A stretch of 38,047 bases of DNA, taken from IMG/VR virus record IMGVR_UViG_3300042251_000001, positions 1 to 38,047 of that record, one strand, 5' to 3'. The position numbers and the translations under genes are program-made. The notes beneath the pieces were generated by a model that had not been told where the DNA came from, searched no databases, and saw only the letters and a list, made by a program, of their open reading frames with translations. Below are positions 25,201-33,609 of this stretch, one piece after another. This DNA comes from a virus. Taxonomy: Duplodnaviria; Caudoviricetes. The stretch's first letter is position 1. Every line of letters starts with the position of its first letter.

Positions 25201-26832
25201 ACGTAACAGATCCTCGTTAGCAAAGGTCATATCCTTTGTAACACGTATCATTTTAGCGTACACGTCCATGGTAGTGTCTAGGGATGTACGTGAACGGATG
25301 GATACGTCAAGGAGTCCTCTGGTGGCATCAGCAAGGTTCATTGTACCGTCTGTCACTACCGCCAATCTGTTCTGAATGTTGGTATAAGCATCAGCTACGC
25401 GAATCAACTCCGCCGCAACAAATGTACCACTAGCTGCACCAAACAACGACCCTGCCATCGTCGCACCAGAGCTGAAGTTGGTCTTTGACATACGCTGATG
25501 GAACCCGTGCAACTCTTCCAGCTCACGTTTACGCTTACGAATCATAGCATTGTTACGAACAAGCTGTTCATACTCTTTGCTGTAAGCATTGTTCAAACGG
25601 GCTTGGGACTGTGCTAATTGCCTCTTGATTGAGATAGATTCCTGTTGCTCGATATTAGCTTGGGCAAGACCTTTATCGAACAATTTAAGCTGAATACGTC
25701 CACGCTCTAATTCCTTGCGTAATTCATTCTCAGCCTTAGCCATCTTCTGAGCAGGCGTGAGCGCATCTACAAGAGACTTCTCATACGCTTCTGTCTGACG
25801 AGCTGATTCACGCAGAGTTACCAACCGCTTATACTCAGCCGATTGTAAGTCCTTGGTACGCTGTTCCCAAAATGAAAGTGATTCAGCAAGTTTCTTGGCG
25901 GCACGTTCAGACGCAGACATTGATTCAGTAGCGTTTTCTGTAACAGTGTCTAGCCCCAGAAGTTCGCGCTTACGTTCTTTTAGCTGCTGTGTAGCTTTGA
26001 GCATCTCCTGATATTCAGCAGTGTAGCTTTGCTTGAGTTCAGCTTGAGTACGAGCAAGACGTTCTTGAACAGTTAGAGCAGCCTGTTCTTCGGCAGTCTT
26101 TTGAGCAATACCATTCTTATACTGAGCCAGTTTAGCCACAACGTCTTTAAGCTGATTTGAATACTCTTGTTGAGCAAGTTTAGATCGTTGTGTTGTGGTC
26201 AGAGAGTCAACAAGAGCACGTTGGTACATCTCTTGTTGCTTAGTTGATTCTTGCAGGAATATCGTAGATTTACGTGTAGTATCATTGAGTTCACGATACT
26301 CTGTCAGGGATTTCTGGTAAGCGTCTTTTAGGCGCTTCTGTGCTTGTTCGGCTTCTGTCAAAGCAGCATTAGCTTTCTTCTGCTCAAGAATGCCTTTAGT
26401 GATTTCTTTATGTTTATCTCGCTCAAGTACAATCTGCTTACCGATTTCAGTGTTAAGCATATCTGTCTTAGTACGAGCATTCTTTAACACCCTCTCGTAG
26501 CGAGTCATAGATGTATCAGTCTCTTTGACACCTTTATTAAGGTTCTGTAAGACATCTACAATCTTATCAAGCTTAGAGGAAAGTTCCTTACTCAGATCAC
26601 CTGTAACAGATACAGTTGAATTCAGCTTCTGAAAAACTTTGTCTGGACTCTTAGAATTAACAGTATTGAGTTTAGCCAATACTTGATCAAAAGCCCTGCT
26701 AATATTTCCTACTTTGTTAGCTGTAATATCAGCTTGTCTACCGACAGACTTAACAGCCTGAACAGCTAGTTTAGCCCCCGACTGCGCTTTGGAAGGGTCG
26801 AGCACTAGCTCTAATCTTTTCTGGTCAGCCAT
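19207..26832 (-). CDS. Tail tape measure protein (2541 aa)
   Basis: Long helical protein; tape-measure domain ADAYTNIQNRL...ALLQFSQAL...ELNSIIEQTP; C-terminal FANGG...VGEEGPEL. Confidence 0.95.
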   Translation of the reverse strand: MADQKRLELVLDPSKAQSGAKLAVQAVKSVGRQADITANKVGNISRAFDQVLAKLNTVNSKSPDKVFQKLNSTVSVTGDLSKELSSKLDKIVDVLQNLNKGVKETDTSMTRYERVLKNARTKTDMLNTEIGKQIVLERDKHKEITKGILEQKKANAALTEAEQAQKRLKDAYQKSLTEYRELNDTTRKSTIFLQESTKQQEMYQRALVDSLTTTQRSKLAQQEYSNQLKDVVAKLAQYKNGIAQKTAEEQAALTVQERLARTQAELKQSYTAEYQEMLKATQQLKERKRELLGLDTVTENATESMSASERAAKKLAESLSFWEQRTKDLQSAEYKRLVTLRESARQTEAYEKSLVDALTPAQKMAKAENELRKELERGRIQLKLFDKGLAQANIEQQESISIKRQLAQSQARLNNAYSKEYEQLVRNNAMIRKRKRELEELHGFHQRMSKTNFSSGATMAGSLFGAASGTFVAAELIRVADAYTNIQNRLAVVTDGTMNLADATRGLLDVSIRSRTSLDTTMDVYAKMIRVTKDMTFANEDLLRITETVSKAVAMSGASAQGAEGALLQFSQALSGDFQAAAQELNSIIEQTPAVAQLMADALNSVQPELNASIGNLKRLATEGQISTEVLLRGIINVSSAIDNQFANATGTVSQSLTALKGAFTVAFGEVDKAYGGTKSLASEITNLAKTLGDLKAEVTGAAAGVAAFAGATGLLALISVLSVAAATVLALAAGVGLVVNEYVKADVQQKLLIKSTEDQLEKNKELERTYQDLVVAIGGYTQAKAYDAAVKAETEVAKLTSDLAGYIEQLDKLKDREDFIKNETWLIFTSGKLENTRDQITATQDRIDSLTSAIDKNQAILKLYKGVLSDVPNLSDIFAEGQTEALTAIKNIESGLRKQAMAGQFSSEQLIKNRYWMEALNKVQSLGIPLTDELVLKMGEQSENLARIVGQYKSFDAQLVALKSSMYAEIEATKLSTEQLAQKEYIMGAIALATEREIALGEEQWKLIIEQAKAFGSLVKGLDTSSKSTRDWAAELESLRKSLDPVYAANVQFEESMKILNKTLDSSDPLYKDLVKRLKEVRDAAIKANKQLDEQTALFEDALKSLKEEQRALNLTERELYILQSTQELYNLAKREGKDVNENYIRTLEDEAGKTYDLIKAKEEESRANQQRMQELERLRDTIADTFMDGFEAAMEGGEEFKDWFDDLLKQLALQAIRNQIVIPIVGQFLGVNGGTAGMVQQGMSVLGGGGNNTQGTSGGISGVVSNIGSLFGGNSMGSMISDVGGWIGGSSPLAGTGAGNYISGASANAANLANWQVAGGGMLGGVLSGALGLSGEYSAITGAAGTALGSSLLTPVMGPLAPLAGSFLGSTLGGLIGNSKPSNKQGRATYDLLTNEVMIGGQTGDKFSQENRDAAELLAGAIARDVVGTISSLSGEELSGQLMVGVGNRDPLAFWYGTAGETDTEPQNVVIGSAYYANQGSIGVANTRDPEEFINSITEAFAELTDLDLTVYKDLADENELLIDSIKRVELQFSFVRGLFEDVGDSTEVTKEFADTWTDEFIKPILDSGESLSEGLTRLVQQYSVVKSYTDLFGQSLGNTAQGALVATDNIIKAAGGLEQFDAAASSYYQNFYSESERFWHFSENLTNVFKDLGLELPTTTEGFRELVEGLDLTKESDQKLYATLLKLNPKVKQYIDGLKAQRDELRNIAGVDLDERIITAYFEEINRGTITFQEASDAISKAASAIAEAADVVRRAGSSVSDTINNDGVEYERVISYSPLSELEKGLVEAYATALGRMPDVGGWEFYLGQLESGTKDFTQVVRELIASAEGQAFLDTGVAAPLEEADWPEILKPIIELIPVESSGGTKSSGGTKSSGGTVFRGDLQYYLDLAGTSFQNFATFLQEFTNEFGRVKGFAYSSRSPQELLGILGEEMNFASYALQAEDQRRLQSLAEIMVGIIEQIDKFNIAADATTAELVIISDHFTALAGSSQEFFSAFNSYQQLFSDILNGAAELEEVDIAAVFDELGLAVPNTRKEFVELVEGLDLSSESARGIYWQLISLAPAMDEFLRQLSDVEEAINLDPYLSAVEDAVERTRSLVTDQYEKEREAIEANISAVETAMSLASDRYEKEREAIEANISAVEEQLALINEQDAALDGLRDTVSLLKDTFDSLRLDSFENDQIRRSASQEYLRNAITTVRSGGELDNDELERHLQNISEPSENLFGSFEDYARDFYVTKNTIGDLLEETGTQLSTEEKTLKQLRDSYWADIDYYNDELAKLDAQYEQLHDSYLADIDYYNDELAKLDSWYTEQIELLDSSYQQALEMYNAVLGIDNTIEGGFESVRQALDALGGAINSMGPASTSGGGSSGGTTGGGTTGGGTTGGGTTGGGTTEPALSDRERLINIANESGGVLTGQFGQQVNTDWLAGVPDWRIDQMINGNNWGEIEGFANGGFHTGGWRIVGEEGPELEYTPPSRIYSNSDSSDMFDMSELVAEVKQLREDMRSANYAIAKNTQKTAKTLEKFDYDGLPEQRVV
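19638..19710 (-). repeat. 15-bp tandem repeat, about 5 copies (GGTTG)
   Basis: CTGTAGTGCCACCTC units on + strand. Confidence 0.95.
19904..20038 (-). repeat. 75-bp-period duplication (DSY.ADIDYYNDELAKLD x2)
   Basis: Near-identical copies starting 19904 and 19979. Confidence 0.9.
20399..20522 (-). repeat. 75-bp-period duplication (YEKEREAIEANISAVE x2)
   Basis: Near-identical copies starting about 20401 and 20476. Confidence 0.9.
21187..21239 (-). repeat. 18-bp tandem repeat x3 (SSGGTK)
   Basis: AGTACCACCACTGCTTTT units on + strand. Confidence 0.95.
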
Positions 26833-26899
26833 TTCTCTTCCTTTTGTGTATATAAAGAAAAAGGGAGCAGCCTACGTTCAAATATCCGTCAAAGATATT

Positions 26900-27208
26900 C
26901 TATCGTCTAGCCACTCCCTTCTTAGGATCTTGCTTCGGTTTTTTCTTGTCAACCCATTCCAAATAGGCAGCATCTAAGCTGGTAATGATTGAGCAGAAAT
27001 CTTTTAGATCGTCTCCTATTGTACCAAACACTAATGCGTAATTAGTTATTTCAGACAAAGGTATTCTTCCTGCTGCCATACCAACTTGGCGGCTACTGTT
27101 GAGCATAAAGAATGCGTCCAAGTACCAAGCTATTTCGGGTGTCACACTTGGACGGTTTAGGAGTGGACTAGGCAGATCACCTGTCTGCTCATATCTAGCC
27201 CACAACAT
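26900..27208 (-). CDS. Tail assembly chaperone, downstream (gpT-like) ORF
   Basis: AFFMLNSSRQVGM...IPLSEI...LDAAYL pattern; immediately before tape measure. Confidence 0.75.
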   Translation of the reverse strand: MLWARYEQTGDLPSPLLNRPSVTPEIAWYLDAFFMLNSSRQVGMAAGRIPLSEITNYALVFGTIGDDLKDFCSIITSLDAAYLEWVDKKKPKQDPKKGVARR

Positions 27209-27251
27209 TTCCTCTTTATCACTCCATTCTAAGTGCCAGAGGAGGGAGTCT

Positions 27252-27644
27252 TTAGCTTTTGCTGGCGGTCGCTTCTACGTCCTCCTTCTTGTAGTTGGCA
27301 ATGTCAGCAGCCACTTCTACAACGAATCCCAGCAGATCAGGGTTTAGACGAAGAGCTTCAGCAGCAATTTCTTTAGAGTAGGGGATTTCTTTCTTACCGT
27401 CTGTCACATTCTTCCAATCAACAAGAACACCAGTAGCAAGTGCTTCACAAGTAATGCGGCGTTGATCTTCTTCGTTCATTGTACCGCGTTCGATTTGGCG
27501 CTTAAATGGACGTTCCAGACGCTTCTTTTCTTTCAGGAAGGTTGGGTTGTTTGCATACGCGATGCAGAACTCACTACCTTCAAACTCTACCCAAGTACCT
27601 TCGGATTGCTTTGCTTCGTCTACAGAATAAATGTTAAAAGCCAT
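27252..27644 (-). CDS. Tail assembly chaperone (gpG-like)
   Basis: Between tail tube and tape measure; G.WV, LVDWKNV, IPYS.E.A motifs. Confidence 0.78.
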   Translation of the reverse strand: MAFNIYSVDEAKQSEGTWVEFEGSEFCIAYANNPTFLKEKKRLERPFKRQIERGTMNEEDQRRITCEALATGVLVDWKNVTDGKKEIPYSKEIAAEALRLNPDLLGFVVEVAADIANYKKEDVEATASKS

Positions 27645-27797
27645 GTTATATTACCTCATTACCCGTTTACCCGTTAAAATGACCAGCCAGCGCATAACGG
27701 GCTACTACGCCAGCCAGCCAACTCTTTATAGAGTGACTCAGGCGGAATATCCGCCCAAGTCCCTAAAGTATCAAACTTGCATGTCTATTGTCAAGTG

Positions 27798-28745
27798 TTA
27801 TACAGTGGTTTTTGTAATGACAATAGAAGATTGTGCAGTTTCGTCATACATAGCTGTATAAGACAGAGATACCATTGTGTCGCTATCGAGACTTGACGCA
27901 GCGGGTGAATCAGCAGAGAACTTAATCTTAGGCAGGAAGAACTCGTAAGTATCTGTGCCATCAGTTACAGTGTACTTCAGGGAAGTAGATGTATTGTTCA
28001 GAGCTGCTTCGTAATATGCGAAAGAAGACGCATCCAGATAAATCTCAATAGTGCCAGTGATGTTAGCAGTACCTAGCTTCTGATCTTTAGCAGTAGCACT
28101 ACCGATACAACCAATTGCACGTAGAGAGTTATCAATTCTGATGTCCATAGAGGACAGGCAGATAGTAGTAGCAACACCACCAATCTCAATAGTACCGAAG
28201 TCAGAAGTACTGTTCAGAACCTCTGTAGTGGTAGCAGAGGCTACAGAACCTGTACCTACAGCAGAGGTAGCAGGAGTGGATGCGGAGGCACCAGCGAAGC
28301 CGATAGAGCCTGTCAGGATAGAACCATAAGCCATAGATAGGTTGAAGGTTCCGACACGCATACCGGAGTAGAGGACGAACTTGTTAATGTCCTCAAAGTG
28401 CTTCTCTACGGAGAAAGAAGACTCGGCAGTACCTAGCTTGAGCTGTTGGCTACCTATCGCTGGAGTATCTGCTTGCCAAGTAGAGGCTAGTGCTGCTTCA
28501 ATAAAGTCATCGAAAGTATCAGCAGAGAATTCAATATCAATAGATCCACCAGTGGTGATAGATACCAGAGGCATATCGCTGATAGAGCGGTCACGGCGGA
28601 TTTCACTAGAGGTGGTTGTATCAGCAGTGGCAGACAGTGACTCACCAGTGAAACGTGTATATTTCCAATCAAGGGAGTTGGCTGGAACTGTATCATAAGT
28701 AACTTCCGGTACGTACTTTACCGAAACAAGGTTAGATGAACTCAT
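27798..28745 (-). CDS. Major tail tube protein
   Basis: S/T-rich beta protein with FTGESL, SSEIRRDR, SFSVEKHF, LPKIKF; position. Confidence 0.85.
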   Translation of the reverse strand: MSSSNLVSVKYVPEVTYDTVPANSLDWKYTRFTGESLSATADTTTSSEIRRDRSISDMPLVSITTGGSIDIEFSADTFDDFIEAALASTWQADTPAIGSQQLKLGTAESSFSVEKHFEDINKFVLYSGMRVGTFNLSMAYGSILTGSIGFAGASASTPATSAVGTGSVASATTTEVLNSTSDFGTIEIGGVATTICLSSMDIRIDNSLRAIGCIGSATAKDQKLGTANITGTIEIYLDASSFAYYEAALNNTSTSLKYTVTDGTDTYEFFLPKIKFSADSPAASSLDSDTMVSLSYTAMYDETAQSSIVITKTTV

Positions 28746-28838
28746 GTAGTGTTCTCCTAGAAGATTTAAAGTTTAAACAATATATTGTTTCCTGTTACCT
28801 ACAGGGAGGATCATCTGTCCAAATGGACAAAGGATGCT

Positions 28839-29261
28839 TTACGTTACAAAGAATGGAATTGTAACCAAGGCAAAAGAAATCTCGCCTGTTTTATCTGTTA
28901 GTTCGGATGTGTCAACACGTCCTGCTCTAGTTACAACAGCAGATCCGTTTAGTCGCTTACGTTCCATTGCAGCAAGCACAGCATCTGCAATTTCATAGAC
29001 ACGTCTTGTACCAAGTGATCTTGGATCAGATTGAATCCTTTTAACATTTACAGCAAAATGAATTAGGCCAAGATGTCTTGTTGTAGTGCCTTGCCCCTTC
29101 ATCACTGTATAGCCTTCACCCATATCAATATGGACACTTACCCATTCGGTAATTTTATTTTCTTTAAAAGGGTTAGGCGGATATTCGACAGGAGTCTCTG
29201 TATAGTTTGCAGATATGTGTTGAATAATGTGTGAACGGATTTCAGAAGGCTGTAGATTCAT
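28839..29261 (-). CDS. Tail terminator-like protein
   Basis: Size, position before tail tube, YPPNPF and VTIPF motifs. Confidence 0.6.
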   Translation of the reverse strand: MNLQPSEIRSHIIQHISANYTETPVEYPPNPFKENKITEWVSVHIDMGEGYTVMKGQGTTTRHLGLIHFAVNVKRIQSDPRSLGTRRVYEIADAVLAAMERKRLNGSAVVTRAGRVDTSELTDKTGEISFALVTIPFFVT

Positions 29262-29671
29262 TTATTTATAGCCTCCAGCATATTGTTGTAGGATGTTTGC
29301 CAATAACGATAAGGTGGTGTAGTACCAAATTTTTTAGTTTTCCAACCAGTGAATTCAGCTTGGATGTTATACTCAGTTGCGTTGACGATATAAATCTTGT
29401 CCCAAGCATCAGCAAACTCTAGTTTGGTTCTACCGTCAAAGTAGGTCTCTCGTCCGAACTCATCTTCAGAACTATTCTGTCCATCAGGAGCACGGTTAAT
29501 ACCTACTTCAGTATTAGCAAGAAGATTACCGGAGAGGACAGGAGTATTACCTGCGTCGTATGGTGTAGTAACTTGCTTCAGGAAGATCTCACCAGCTTCA
29601 GTCTTAGCCTTCTTAACAAGAGTCTCAGCAGCTTCTTCTACCCATTCCTCAAGATCATCCCAACCATTCAT
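29258..29671 (-). CDS. Neck/tail completion protein (HK97 gp10-like)
   Basis: TPVLSGNL, IYIVNATEY...EF motifs. Confidence 0.65.
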   Translation of the reverse strand: MNGWDDLEEWVEEAAETLVKKAKTEAGEIFLKQVTTPYDAGNTPVLSGNLLANTEVGINRAPDGQNSSEDEFGRETYFDGRTKLEFADAWDKIYIVNATEYNIQAEFTGWKTKKFGTTPPYRYWQTSYNNMLEAINK

Positions 29672-30030
29672 ACACGCCTCACATAGATGTTGTAAAAGAC
29701 ACTGGCATTATCTTCGTCATATTTAACGACACGCCACTCACCGTCTAATACATCATTCTCTTCTGGAGTGAATGTCAGATCATCTTGCAGGATAGTGAAC
29801 TTGCGATCATCTAATGTAAGATTTAGCTTATCAACAAGGCTGGATTTAATTTTACGGAACATTCCATTCACTGTCTGGTCAATACCATTTGTACCGCCTG
29901 TATATGACTCAGTTACCGGATCAAATGTCCCATCCGTAGCAGCTCGTTGATAATGTACTGAGGTAAGGTTTGATCCAAACTCTCTTATCCAAGCATTTGC
30001 TATTTCACGCTTGATATTCTCTCTAAACAT
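29668..30030 (-). CDS. Head closure protein
   Basis: GTFDPVT motif, size and position. Confidence 0.6.
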   Translation of the reverse strand: MFRENIKREIANAWIREFGSNLTSVHYQRAATDGTFDPVTESYTGGTNGIDQTVNGMFRKIKSSLVDKLNLTLDDRKFTILQDDLTFTPEENDVLDGEWRVVKYDEDNASVFYNIYVRRV

Positions 30031-30058
30031 ATTCCCTCCGATTACATAGGCCAGCCGA

Positions 30059-30526
30059 TTATCTAGGCCAGTAGCGTTCTTCGTCTACTGGATATAGCTC
30101 AGGGAATTGCTTATCGAATTGTATACCACCTTTTGTGAAGGATGGTTTGACAGTGGTGCTATCATTACGTGTATTATCAAACTGTGCTCGGTCAATACCG
30201 CCAAAGAAGATAGGCAGTACGCCAGATGATCTAGCAATGGTTGCTTGCTTGGACAGCTCTTCGTAGAGCATCTTGAACTGATTAGCCTTGTCGCGATATT
30301 CAATACGAACATCATCCACTTCAGCTACATCAGCTTTGTGTAGATATTGTGTCCAGAGTGCCTGAGCCAAACCTTTAGCTGCATCTAGGACGCGGTTGTT
30401 ATTGGTCAAGAGTAGGGCTGAGATTGTTTCGTCTTGGAAATACGGAGCAGCCTCCGTCACATCTTGGATAAGGAATCTTACTTGAGAGACGGGATCAGAT
30501 AAATCTGGATTGAATGTAAAAGCCAT
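30059..30526 (-). CDS. Head-tail adaptor
   Basis: VRFLIQDV...FQDETI..LL motif; position after capsid. Confidence 0.7.
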   Translation of the reverse strand: MAFTFNPDLSDPVSQVRFLIQDVTEAAPYFQDETISALLLTNNNRVLDAAKGLAQALWTQYLHKADVAEVDDVRIEYRDKANQFKMLYEELSKQATIARSSGVLPIFFGGIDRAQFDNTRNDSTTVKPSFTKGGIQFDKQFPELYPVDEERYWPR

Positions 30527-30648
30527 TTAGCCTCCTAAAAGAATATGTCAGCGGGGTGGTGTGGACGGAGATGTGTCGTTGCTGGATATTACGCCGGAAG
30601 AATTTGTTCCGTGTGGTGTGGGGAGGCTCCGGGTAGAGAAGCCTCTGG

Positions 30649-31335
30649 TTAGAGAGGCTTTTGGTTGAGAGTGTCTAGTCCGAGAATGTCGTGAGTAAAG
30701 AGTTCTGTGTTGCCTGAAGATTTTAGGATTGGTGGGCCTTGATAGCGGTGTTCTTTAAACAGGTTCAGATAATACTGCTCTAGTTCGAATGCTTTACGCC
30801 CTTCCTTAAATTCGAGCATTCTCAGACAGGTTATTTTGGCATAATCCTCTGGACAAAAACGATCTCTGAGTTTTGGTTTGTTAGTTATCCCTATCTTGTA
30901 ATAGGTGTTATCACCATCTCGTAACTTTAAGTAATATAAATATCCAGTGATATCAGGTTTAAATCCTCGCACTGCACAAGAAGGGCAACCGCGTGCGCCA
31001 GATAGAAGACTGTCAATACGGCTTTCCCACTTGTACCCGCATTCTACGCACTCTACCGAGTGTTTAAATCGCGTTGCCCTGAATGATTCGTTTAGTCTGA
31101 TATTGTGTGACTGTAACACATCGAACACTTCCCAGTGATCCCTTCTCAAGTTGTCATACCTGCAATCACTACAATACCTTCCTCGTCTAATGTCCTTCAT
31201 GTGGATAAGGCGTCTGTGACCGTTCCTACAAACAACATAAAACTTCTCTAATCTCGTTGTGGGTAGTGTATCTTGTGCTAGTTCTAAACCAGCCTCATTG
31301 ATTTCTTGTAAAACATTACTCATGTCTTTTCTCAT
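30649..31335 (-). CDS. Free-standing endonuclease (Zn-finger repeats plus GIY-YIG-like C-terminal domain)
   Basis: CRNGH, CSDC, CVECG, GCPSC; YLYYL...YKIGIT...R...LEQ...GNTELF. Confidence 0.75.
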   Translation of the reverse strand: MRKDMSNVLQEINEAGLELAQDTLPTTRLEKFYVVCRNGHRRLIHMKDIRRGRYCSDCRYDNLRRDHWEVFDVLQSHNIRLNESFRATRFKHSVECVECGYKWESRIDSLLSGARGCPSCAVRGFKPDITGYLYYLKLRDGDNTYYKIGITNKPKLRDRFCPEDYAKITCLRMLEFKEGRKAFELEQYYLNLFKEHRYQGPPILKSSGNTELFTHDILGLDTLNQKPL

Positions 31336-31381
31336 ACTCCCTCCTAATTATAAAGAAAAGAGTATTAAAACACACTTGCTG

Positions 31382-31414
31382 AAAGCCTGTCAAGACTTAA
31401 TCCAGACAGGCTTT
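31382..31414 (-). terminator. Hairpin after major capsid gene
   Basis: AAAGCCTGTC...GACAGGCTTT 10-bp inverted repeat. Confidence 0.6.
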
Positions 31415-31426
31415 GGACAAGAATGC

Positions 31427-32443
31427 TTACGCAGTGATCTTGATTAGGGATGCCACTTCAGTCGGGAAGACCAGAGGTGCCATTTCTACAGACATTTCTA
31501 CAGACTGATCCTTACCGTCATCCCACATCCATGCGTACATTTGCTCAACAGCGTTTGGATTGTGAGTGGTAGACAGGCGGCTAGAAGGCCCATAGTATCC
31601 GCGTGCGATACCTTCTACGCGAGGTACGATGAAGCCAGTGCCGTCTGCAACGAGTGCTTCTGTTGTACCGGTGGGCAGCTTGAAGGAACCATCTAGTGAG
31701 TGGATGCGGAAACCACCTGTGGTGAAGCTATCGGTGATGTCATCACGCATTGGGTTGACAGTGGCGCTGAAATATTTGTAAGCCTCAGACATCGAAGAAT
31801 GAGATACAAATGCATCATACAAGTCTGGAGCTAGGTACATATCCACGCCATTGAAGAAACCACCGTTCTTCAGGTTAGCCCGTACTAGACGCTTGATTTC
31901 ACGCAGCTTGGTTGGTAGGTCAGTTGTAGAAGTTGCTACGTCAAGAGCTACTTGGCTACGTGTGATCCCGAACTCGTCAAACATGGACGCCCATACGGTT
32001 CCGTCAGGACTTACACACTTGCCTTCAGCCAACGCCTTTAGCTTTAGGTATTCAAGTGTCTGTGAGGCTTGTCGATTCATTTTAGCCAGTTTGTCTGCAA
32101 CAGCCATATCTACAGTGGTTATGCCGTCAGCAGTACCGGGCATACGGACGCTCAAGATGTCCTCTTGGGTTACCGCATCGTTATGTTTGAAGTAACCAAG
32201 TGGTAGAGCGCGAGTCTCTACAGTATCATCTTTACCATAGGTAGAACCACGACTACCACGCTCAGAAGCTGGTAGAAGAGTGGTTTGGGTGGCGTTAATG
32301 TCGAAAAGAATGGCGGTCTGGGTGGTAGGCCGCATATCGAAAAGACTGTCGTCAAAGATTTTGTATTGACGGTCAATCTGGTTAATCTCTTGTGTAAGAT
32401 CAATCAGCTTGTTAAAATCGCGAGGATCGTGGGTAACTGCCAT
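31427..32443 (-). CDS. Major capsid protein (lambda gpE-like family)
   Basis: 338 aa; DLTQEIN, LLPASERG, TLEYL...AL..G, FDEFGI; follows the decoration gene. Confidence 0.9.
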   Translation of the reverse strand: MAVTHDPRDFNKLIDLTQEINQIDRQYKIFDDSLFDMRPTTQTAILFDINATQTTLLPASERGSRGSTYGKDDTVETRALPLGYFKHNDAVTQEDILSVRMPGTADGITTVDMAVADKLAKMNRQASQTLEYLKLKALAEGKCVSPDGTVWASMFDEFGITRSQVALDVATSTTDLPTKLREIKRLVRANLKNGGFFNGVDMYLAPDLYDAFVSHSSMSEAYKYFSATVNPMRDDITDSFTTGGFRIHSLDGSFKLPTGTTEALVADGTGFIVPRVEGIARGYYGPSSRLSTTHNPNAVEQMYAWMWDDGKDQSVEMSVEMAPLVFPTEVASLIKITA

Positions 32444-32468
32444 TGTTGTATCTCCTAGTTATTCTGAA

Positions 32469-32864
32469 TTAGACTTGTTCGCGAACTACAACACCGAGAG
32501 ATTCAATCTCAGCTACAGCAGTTTCAATCTGACCGGCGTCATGTGCTACATCGAACACAAGCGCCTGTTTAGCAATGATTGCGGGGCCACGCACCAGTAC
32601 GGCAACTTCAGTATCAGTAGCTGCTGCAACATCAGTGTTGGCTACAACGATGGCTGCTGCCACCTCAGACCCATCGACAGCCGCACTATCAGATACTGTG
32701 TACTTACCAGTGGCTGTGACTTTACCTAGTACAGAACCTACGGACAGGGATGTGGCGTCTGTGATATTGACAGTTACAACTTCACGGCAGTAACCATGCT
32801 CTTTTGCATATTCATGCTTAAGCAGATTGCCAAGTAGAGGCTTACGAGTAGCGATCAGAGACAT
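32469..32864 (-). CDS. Head decoration protein
   Basis: GSVLGKVTATGKY, DGSEVAAAI, VLVRGPAI. Confidence 0.85.
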   Translation of the reverse strand: MSLIATRKPLLGNLLKHEYAKEHGYCREVVTVNITDATSLSVGSVLGKVTATGKYTVSDSAAVDGSEVAAAIVVANTDVAAATDTEVAVLVRGPAIIAKQALVFDVAHDAGQIETAVAEIESLGVVVREQV

Positions 32865-32886
32865 ATTTATTTCCTCTTAAATTATA

Positions 32887-33609
32887 TTACTTAGATTCTT
32901 TGCGAGCTTTTACGGCTTTCATCACGCCGCTAATCTGTTCTTCTTCTGGCTCAATGTCGTGCCCCATTTCGCCAAGACCTTCTACGCCCTTAGCAATCTG
33001 AACAGCCTTTTCCAGCACAGCCATTACGCCAGCCAGTTCTTCTTGTTCAGACATCTTCATCAGAGCTACGCCGAAGGATTCTTTATCCTCTACGCCTAGC
33101 ACTTCAAAGTCAGCAGCTTTAGCCACAAATTCAGCTTTCTTGGCTTCAGCTTTTTCGGCCTCAAATGCTTGCAGGGATTTGGTCAGCTCTTCAATCTTGC
33201 TCTCTTTCTCAGCTACAGCCTTTTCGATCTCAGCTTGCTTTTCTTCGAGAGCTTTTTGAATAAGAGCCTCAACAGCACTCTTTTCAATCATTTCGCTCAT
33301 TGTATTCTCCTGATTATCGGGGAGTGTTTTGTCGGCAACATTGCCTTTCTCAATATCGCTAACAGGATTGTCCCCGCCAGCATCTTTAGCCGAAAGCTGC
33401 TCAATATAAGCCTGAGCTTCTTCCTCGCTAAATCCATTTGCAGACTTAATGATCTGCTTTAGTGATTCCTTCTGGACATCTGTCATCGCATCAATGTCAA
33501 CAGCTTTAGTGATGAGTGTTTTGATGCCGTTGGCTGGCTCGTCTACTAGAGCCATGTGCGCGTTCTGTCCAGAGAAGTCGAAATTCTTTAATCGCTTCTT
33601 AGCTTTCAT
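32887..33609 (-). CDS. Capsid scaffolding protein
   Basis: AHMALV..PANG start then E/K/A-rich coiled coil; between protease and decoration genes. Confidence 0.75.
   Translation of the reverse strand: MKAKKRLKNFDFSGQNAHMALVDEPANGIKTLITKAVDIDAMTDVQKESLKQIIKSANGFSEEEAQAYIEQLSAKDAGGDNPVSDIEKGNVADKTLPDNQENTMSEMIEKSAVEALIQKALEEKQAEIEKAVAEKESKIEELTKSLQAFEAEKAEAKKAEFVAKAADFEVLGVEDKESFGVALMKMSEQEELAGVMAVLEKAVQIAKGVEGLGEMGHDIEPEEEQISGVMKAVKARKESK

Noticed and set aside
27683-27720. CCAGCCAGC motifs resembling the DGR G/C element as a third VR
   Set aside because: Match is under 12 bp, non-coding, and has no further similarity to TR.
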